Below, one piece after another: positions 59,202 through 64,000 of a stretch of 64,000 nt of DNA. The first letter of the stretch is position 1; every line of letters starts with the position of its first letter. A model generated the notes under the pieces. It did not search any database. It was given only the letters and a program-made list of their open reading frames with translations, and was not told the DNA's origin. This DNA is from Bdellovibrionales bacterium. Its GTDB lineage: Bacteria > Bdellovibrionota > Bdellovibrionia > Bdellovibrionales > UBA1609. The stretch lies in contig CBDBGT010000011.1 in assembly GCA_965205365.1 (NCBI GenBank), positions 36,292 through 100,291 of the forward strand, read 5' to 3'. The position numbers and the translations under genes are program-made.

Positions 59202-59411
59202 ATTACTGTAAAAACAAAGAAATAAAAAACAACAGTTATGAAAGGTAGGAGTAACACTTCTCATATTTTCACAAACTTCTTTTGCAAGTTACTATTGCGA
59301 GGCATTCTGCGGTGGACTCGATGATGTGAATGTTGATCAAGGTGGAACATTTTATTATCGTATTTATAAAAGAGCTAAGTATATTGCTTACCCTATTTGG
59401 GGGGAGGCTCA

Positions 59412-59760
59412 CTACCATTTTGGTAGCAAAGAGTCTGACTTAGGAGAATATGCTTGGTTTGCTGAAAATTCTTAAAAGCAAACCCATGAGGTTGCACAGA
59501 AAAAGCCTCTGGTTATTGATGGTAAAAAATTTTACGATATGTATGGAAATGTTTTGGAATGGACAGGAACCTGGTATGGCCCTTATCCGACCTCACCACA
59601 GGTGAACTGGAATGGCCCTAGTAGTGGCCGGGGCCGTGTGGCGCGCGGCAGTAGCTGGCTTAGCAGCGCTCAGTTTGTGCGGTCGACAAATTGTCGCTAC
59701 GAGTGGCCGGAGAATCGTAAGAGTCGTATGGGGTTCCGCCTTGTGAGGGTTGTCCATTAA
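59412..59760 (+). pseudogene. Duplicated 3' fragment of the FGE/C-type-lectin gene with a different variable region
   Basis: Colinear with 55310-55658, no indels; same TAA at 59473. Confidence 0.9.
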
Positions 59761-59785
59761 CCATTGTGTTAAGTTGTGAGCTTCC

Positions 59786-60550
59786 TGTCATTACCAAGGG
59801 AAACTGTCACCTTAATTACCAAGGGATTATGTCAGTATCGGTGGGTTAAAAAAAACACTTAACTTAACCAGCAATCTATGCAGCCTTTAAACTGCCTTTT
59901 GTGGGCCCATCCTTTTCCCTGGTTCTTAATGCAATAGTTTCAAGGTTGTTCCTCACCCATATATATCTAATCTTTCCCCTACTTAAGTTTAGGGAGAAAT
60001 ATTTTTTTATAAATTTTGAAACTTGAGCTTCTCCAAGATGAGGATTCTGTATAGAAAAATTAACAACAAGTTTTTCACCTGTCATCATCTTTTTATTTTT
60101 AGAATAAAACTCAGCTTTAAACGTTTTAATAAAATAAAACTCTCCCCTAGTCTCTATAACTTTTTTTACTCGATATATTTTTTGCCTAGAAATTTTTGTT
60201 ATTTGTGAGGCTTTACTAACACTATTTAATTCTTTAGAAAGCCTAACTGCCTTAACTATTTCTTTGGCCTCAGTTTCCCTAAAGGTTACAACTTTTGATC
60301 TTTTATTTTCAGATACATTTAAAATTTTATCTGCAAAATAAAAACCTACTTCTCCATTTAAATTTGTTCTAATTTCTACTCTGTAATTAACAAGAGAATT
60401 TTTTAATTTTGAAACTATAGAGTAGTCCCCTCCTTTATAACTAAAAGTATGGTCTTTATTTATTTTTCTATACTCTTTAATGTTAAATACGCTGGTTAGT
60501 TTCTTCTTATCTCTAACTTTAGTGTATTCACAGGTTGTTTCTACAGGCAT
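59786..60550 (-). mobile_element. ISNCY/IS1202-like transposase 3' remnant with TGTCA terminus
   Basis: F...EYRKINKDHTFSYKG..Y domain followed by an IS481-like HTH; the terminal IR has a subterminal ttaccaaggga repeat. Confidence 0.65.
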
Positions 60551-60664
60551 AACAGTTATTTTTTTATTCCAATATAATAAGTCGTCTCTAGATAAAGGCT
60601 TGAGGGATTTTGGGATTTTGCAAAGAGTCTAATAAAATACTCAGATGATAACAATACTATAAAT

Positions 60665-61696
60665 TTAGCCTGCGCCAATGGCTTTTTTAACATCTTTAAG
60701 TACCAGTCTTGTAACTTCTCGAGCTTTTAAAGCACCTTCTTTTAAAATGGTATTGAGCTCGTCTCTGTTTTCCATATAATGATTATATATTTCTCTAGGC
60801 CCTAGAAGCCTTTTATTCAAAACTTCAAAGAGCTCTTGTTTAGCCTCTCCCCAAGAAATTCCTTGGGCATATTTTTTTTCTAAACTTTGAATTTGTTCTC
60901 TATTTGCAAATTCAGAATAAAGTTGAAAAATCAAACTTGTCTTTGTTTCCTTAGGCTCTCCAGGAAGAGAGGAGTCCGTTGTAATCTTCATAATTGCTTT
61001 TCTAAGTTTTTTTTCAGGTAAAAAAACTGGAATATGATTATTATAAGAGGTGCTCATTTTCCGCCCATCTAGTCCAGGAAGAAGCTTTCCACCTTTTTTA
61101 ATCATAAGCTCAGGATAAACAAAAACATCATTTTGAAAAAGTCTATTAAACTTTCTAGCAACATCTCTTGCAATCTCTAGGTGTTGAGCATTGTCCTCTC
61201 CAACAGGAACTTTGTTTGCATTAAATGCTAAGATATCTGCTGTCATTAAAAGTGGATAGGTAAATAACCCCATATTTACATCATCATCTAAATCAAGTTT
61301 CCCTGCTTCTTTATTTGAAGCAGTTTTAGCTTTATACGCATGTGCTCTATTGAGTAAACCTTTTGGAGTCACTGTTGCTAAAATCACTGAGATTTCCATA
61401 ATTTCTGGAATATCAGACTGTTTATAAAAAACAACTTTTTTAGGGTCTAAACCCAGAGCAAGCCAAGTTGCTGCAACTTCTGCTGTGGTGTCGACTAAAG
61501 TTTTAACATCTTTAACAACATTTAATGCATGGTAATCTGCAATAAAAAAATATCCTACATCAACACTATCTTTAACCATATCTAACGCAGGCTCAATAGC
61601 GCCCACCCAATTGCCCAGATGAATACCTGTTGCTTTAATTCCTGTAAGTACTTTTCCCATATATCGTATTGTATCTTGTATATAAAATTTAAACAA
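60665..61696 (-). CDS. trpS: Tryptophanyl-tRNA synthetase (start probably internal, at MGKVLTG)
   Basis: TGIKATG.HLGN, ADYHA, YPLLM.ADIL, VPVGED..QH.E, KMSTS. Confidence 0.93.
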   Translation of the reverse strand: MFKFYIQDTIRYMGKVLTGIKATGIHLGNWVGAIEPALDMVKDSVDVGYFFIADYHALNVVKDVKTLVDTTAEVAATWLALGLDPKKVVFYKQSDIPEIMEISVILATVTPKGLLNRAHAYKAKTASNKEAGKLDLDDDVNMGLFTYPLLMTADILAFNANKVPVGEDNAQHLEIARDVARKFNRLFQNDVFVYPELMIKKGGKLLPGLDGRKMSTSYNNHIPVFLPEKKLRKAIMKITTDSSLPGEPKETKTSLIFQLYSEFANREQIQSLEKKYAQGISWGEAKQELFEVLNKRLLGPREIYNHYMENRDELNTILKEGALKAREVTRLVLKDVKKAIGAG

Positions 61697-61819
61697 GAAA
61701 ACCCATAATTAATACTGATTTTATTACACGCTACACATTTTATTTTAGCAATTTAGTTTTAAAAAGATTGAAGAATAAAATAGATTTAAATTTGATCATA
61801 GTTTCATACATCACCATGT

Positions 61820-62803
61820 TTAATTTCCATATTTTATTCTTTTTGCGTCCTGGTGAATGGCTTTTGTTTTGTGTCCGTGCTTAAAATGATGAGCACAATT
61901 TTTTGAACAGGTTTGATACTTTTTTTCTTTATTCCAACAAATTTTACAAACTCCGTAAGATTCTAAGTCACACTGAATACAGTTAAATTGATTTTTTTTA
62001 CAAGGTTGGCCACAATGTATACAAAGTACATATGTACTTGTGGATTCTAGATTTTGATTTACAGCAACTCTATGGTCGAAAACAAAACACTCACCAGTAA
62101 AGTGAGTATTGGGATATTCAGCTAGATAATTTAATATTCCACCATTTAGTTGATGTATTTGTTTATACCCTTGTTCAGCCATTTCCAAGGAGCCTTTTTC
62201 ACATCTAATCCCACCAGTGCAGAATAAGAGAACAGGTTTATTTTTTTTAAGATTAGATTTTTTAACTAGGTCTGGAAACTGGGTAAATTCATTCATATTC
62301 CAATTCTGTGCATGAGTAAAAGTCCCCATTTTAACTTCAAAGTCATTTCTAACATCAATTAACTGCACATCAGGGTTATGATTTAAAAACTCATGCCACT
62401 GTTTTGGTGATATATGTTTGATAGAATCTGGCTTTTTACTCTTTGGTGAGAGGTGTGTTTTACCAATGGTAACGATTTCTTCTCGAAGTTTTACTTTCAT
62501 TCGCCTAAATGGATTGAGTCCATAGGTAGAACTGTTTTTAAAAGTAATTTTTTTTCCAGAAAGTGTGTTTAAATGGCTTTTAAAAAAGTTTAAAGGGCTG
62601 TGTGAAGCCACCGTACCGTTAAAGCCTTCAGTTGAAATTATGATTAGGCCCTTAATATTATTATTATCGCACCATGTTTTTAGTAGAGCTCCATGTTTTT
62701 TAATGGAATGATTTTTAGGCCAGTTAAAAAACTTATAAAAAGTTGTAACATAATATTTCTTTTGTACTTTTTTATCTTTTGTCATAAAAAGAATTAATAA
62801 CAA
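61820..62803 (-). CDS. trhO: Rhodanese-domain tRNA uridine(34) hydroxylase (UPF0176)
   Basis: FYKF, EGFNGT, DVRN.FE..G.F, FCTGGIRCEK, GECFVFD.R. Confidence 0.88.
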   Translation of the reverse strand: MLLILFMTKDKKVQKKYYVTTFYKFFNWPKNHSIKKHGALLKTWCDNNNIKGLIIISTEGFNGTVASHSPLNFFKSHLNTLSGKKITFKNSSTYGLNPFRRMKVKLREEIVTIGKTHLSPKSKKPDSIKHISPKQWHEFLNHNPDVQLIDVRNDFEVKMGTFTHAQNWNMNEFTQFPDLVKKSNLKKNKPVLLFCTGGIRCEKGSLEMAEQGYKQIHQLNGGILNYLAEYPNTHFTGECFVFDHRVAVNQNLESTSTYVLCIHCGQPCKKNQFNCIQCDLESYGVCKICWNKEKKYQTCSKNCAHHFKHGHKTKAIHQDAKRIKYGN

Positions 62804-62830
62804 TTAATAAAGGGTCATTCAACAATTGAT

Positions 62831-63730
62831 ATGGAAAAACCTCTTGAAATAAAAAATGTAACAAAAAAGTATAATGATTTTGTTGCTGTAAATAACGTGA
62901 GCTTTGATTTAGAAAGTGGAGAAATTTTTGGACTTTTAGGGCCCAATGGTGCAGGGAAAACGACTTTAATCTCTTGTATGATAACCCTTGAACCAATGAC
63001 AAGAGGAGTGGTGAAAGTTTTAGGTTATGATATTTATCAGAACCCTAAAATCGCTAAAACTTTTTTAGGGTATGTGGCCCAAGAAGTTATCAATCATGGG
63101 TATTTTACTGTTAGAGAAATACTTCAATTTTATTCTGGTTACTTTGGCTTCTTACAAAACAATGAGAGAATAGAGTATTTATTAGAGAAACTTACATTAA
63201 GCGAGCACAAAGATAAGAACGTAAAACAATTAAGTGGTGGAATGAAAAAAAGACTTATGATTGCAAAAGCTTTGGTTCATAATCCTAAAGTTTTACTATT
63301 AGATGAGCCTACAGCTGGTGTAGATATAGAACTTCGAAATTCATTGTGGGAATTTGTATTAGAACTTAAAAAAGCAGGGACAACAGTTCTTTTAACCACA
63401 CATTACCTAGAAGAAGCTGAAAATCTTTGTGATAGAGTAGCAGTTATAGATCATGGAGAGATAAAAAAAATAGGAAAAACAGGGGATTTAATTTCAGAAT
63501 TAACGTTTAGAAAATTAGAGATTCAAACAAATTCAAGAGTAAAATTGAATGAGTCAGAGTATATAAAAGAACAAACTGACACAAGAATTTGTGTAGAGTT
63601 TCCATCAAAGTTTCAAGTAGGTGAGATTTTATTAAAGATAGGGCTGGATTTTGATAAAGTTATAGACTTACAGTTAAAAGAGGGGTCTTTAGAAGAAGCT
63701 TTTTTAAGAATTTTAGGAGGAAAATCATAA
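62831..63730 (+). CDS. ABC-2 type transporter ATP-binding protein (YadG-like)
   Basis: GPNGAGKTT, LSGGM, LLDEPTAGVD, TTHYLEEAE. Confidence 0.93.
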   Translation: MEKPLEIKNVTKKYNDFVAVNNVSFDLESGEIFGLLGPNGAGKTTLISCMITLEPMTRGVVKVLGYDIYQNPKIAKTFLGYVAQEVINHGYFTVREILQFYSGYFGFLQNNERIEYLLEKLTLSEHKDKNVKQLSGGMKKRLMIAKALVHNPKVLLLDEPTAGVDIELRNSLWEFVLELKKAGTTVLLTTHYLEEAENLCDRVAVIDHGEIKKIGKTGDLISELTFRKLEIQTNSRVKLNESEYIKEQTDTRICVEFPSKFQVGEILLKIGLDFDKVIDLQLKEGSLEEAFLRILGGKS

Positions 63731-64000
63731 TGTTTTCTAATAAACAAAATATTCGATTCAATCCGTTTTTAATGCTTTTTTGGAAAGAGATAAGAAGATT
63801 TTTTAAAGTAGCTGTTCAAACAGTGCTTACTCCATCAATCAATTCAAGTCTTTATCTTATTATATTTGGAGTAAGTCTTGGGGTTAGTATTGATACAGGA
63901 TTTGATATTCCATATTTGGCTTTTTTGATTTCAGGCCTTGTGATGATGTCGTGTTTAAATAATTCATTTCAAAATACATCTGCGTCCATTGTTAGTGGTA
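63730..64000 (+). CDS. ABC-2 type permease (YadH-like), 3'-truncated
   Basis: ATG overlaps the upstream stop; KEIRRF...QTVLTP...LYL.IFG...YLAFL..GL.MM. Confidence 0.85.
   Translation, partial: MFSNKQNIRFNPFLMLFWKEIRRFFKVAVQTVLTPSINSSLYLIIFGVSLGVSIDTGFDIPYLAFLISGLVMMSCLNNSFQNTSASIVSG

Noticed and set aside
1-64000. Complete DGR cassette (RT, Avd, template repeat)
   Set aside because: No ORF has recognisable RT motifs, and no A-rich copy of either variable region was seen in intergenic DNA. Only candidate targets are present.
1-64000. CRISPR array or cas genes
   Set aside because: All periodic repeats are coding (846, 411, 99 and 48 bp); there is no repeat-spacer pattern.

Overview
AT-rich chromosomal window, most likely from a Bdellovibrionota (predatory-type) bacterium. 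This assignment is inferred from the MAT-type fibre N-termini, the gene content and a FliA-like promoter. The core comprises a type II secretion system split into divergent gspHIJK and gspCDEFG operons, plus lgt, maf, scoAB-thiolase, miaB, guaBA, dnaE, lipB, tRNA-Val(GAC), trpS, trhO and an ABC transporter. Accessory regions (1-14.7 kb, 27.5-32 kb, 53.3-60.6 kb) hold a giant repeat surface protein, secreted ankyrin proteins and IS elements or relics of about seven families. The main signal is layered diversification of binding proteins. Two near-identical fibre adhesin genes carry C-type-lectin (DUF1566-like) tips with hypervariable, DGR-like 3' ends. One has an in-frame C18 tract just before the tip; the other has a frameshifted tip and lies between IS-type inverted repeats. 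A duplicated FGE-type lectin 3' end differs at 24 codons, all non-synonymous, yet both copies share one premature stop. No reverse transcriptase or template repeat was found in this window, so a DGR remains a hypothesis.
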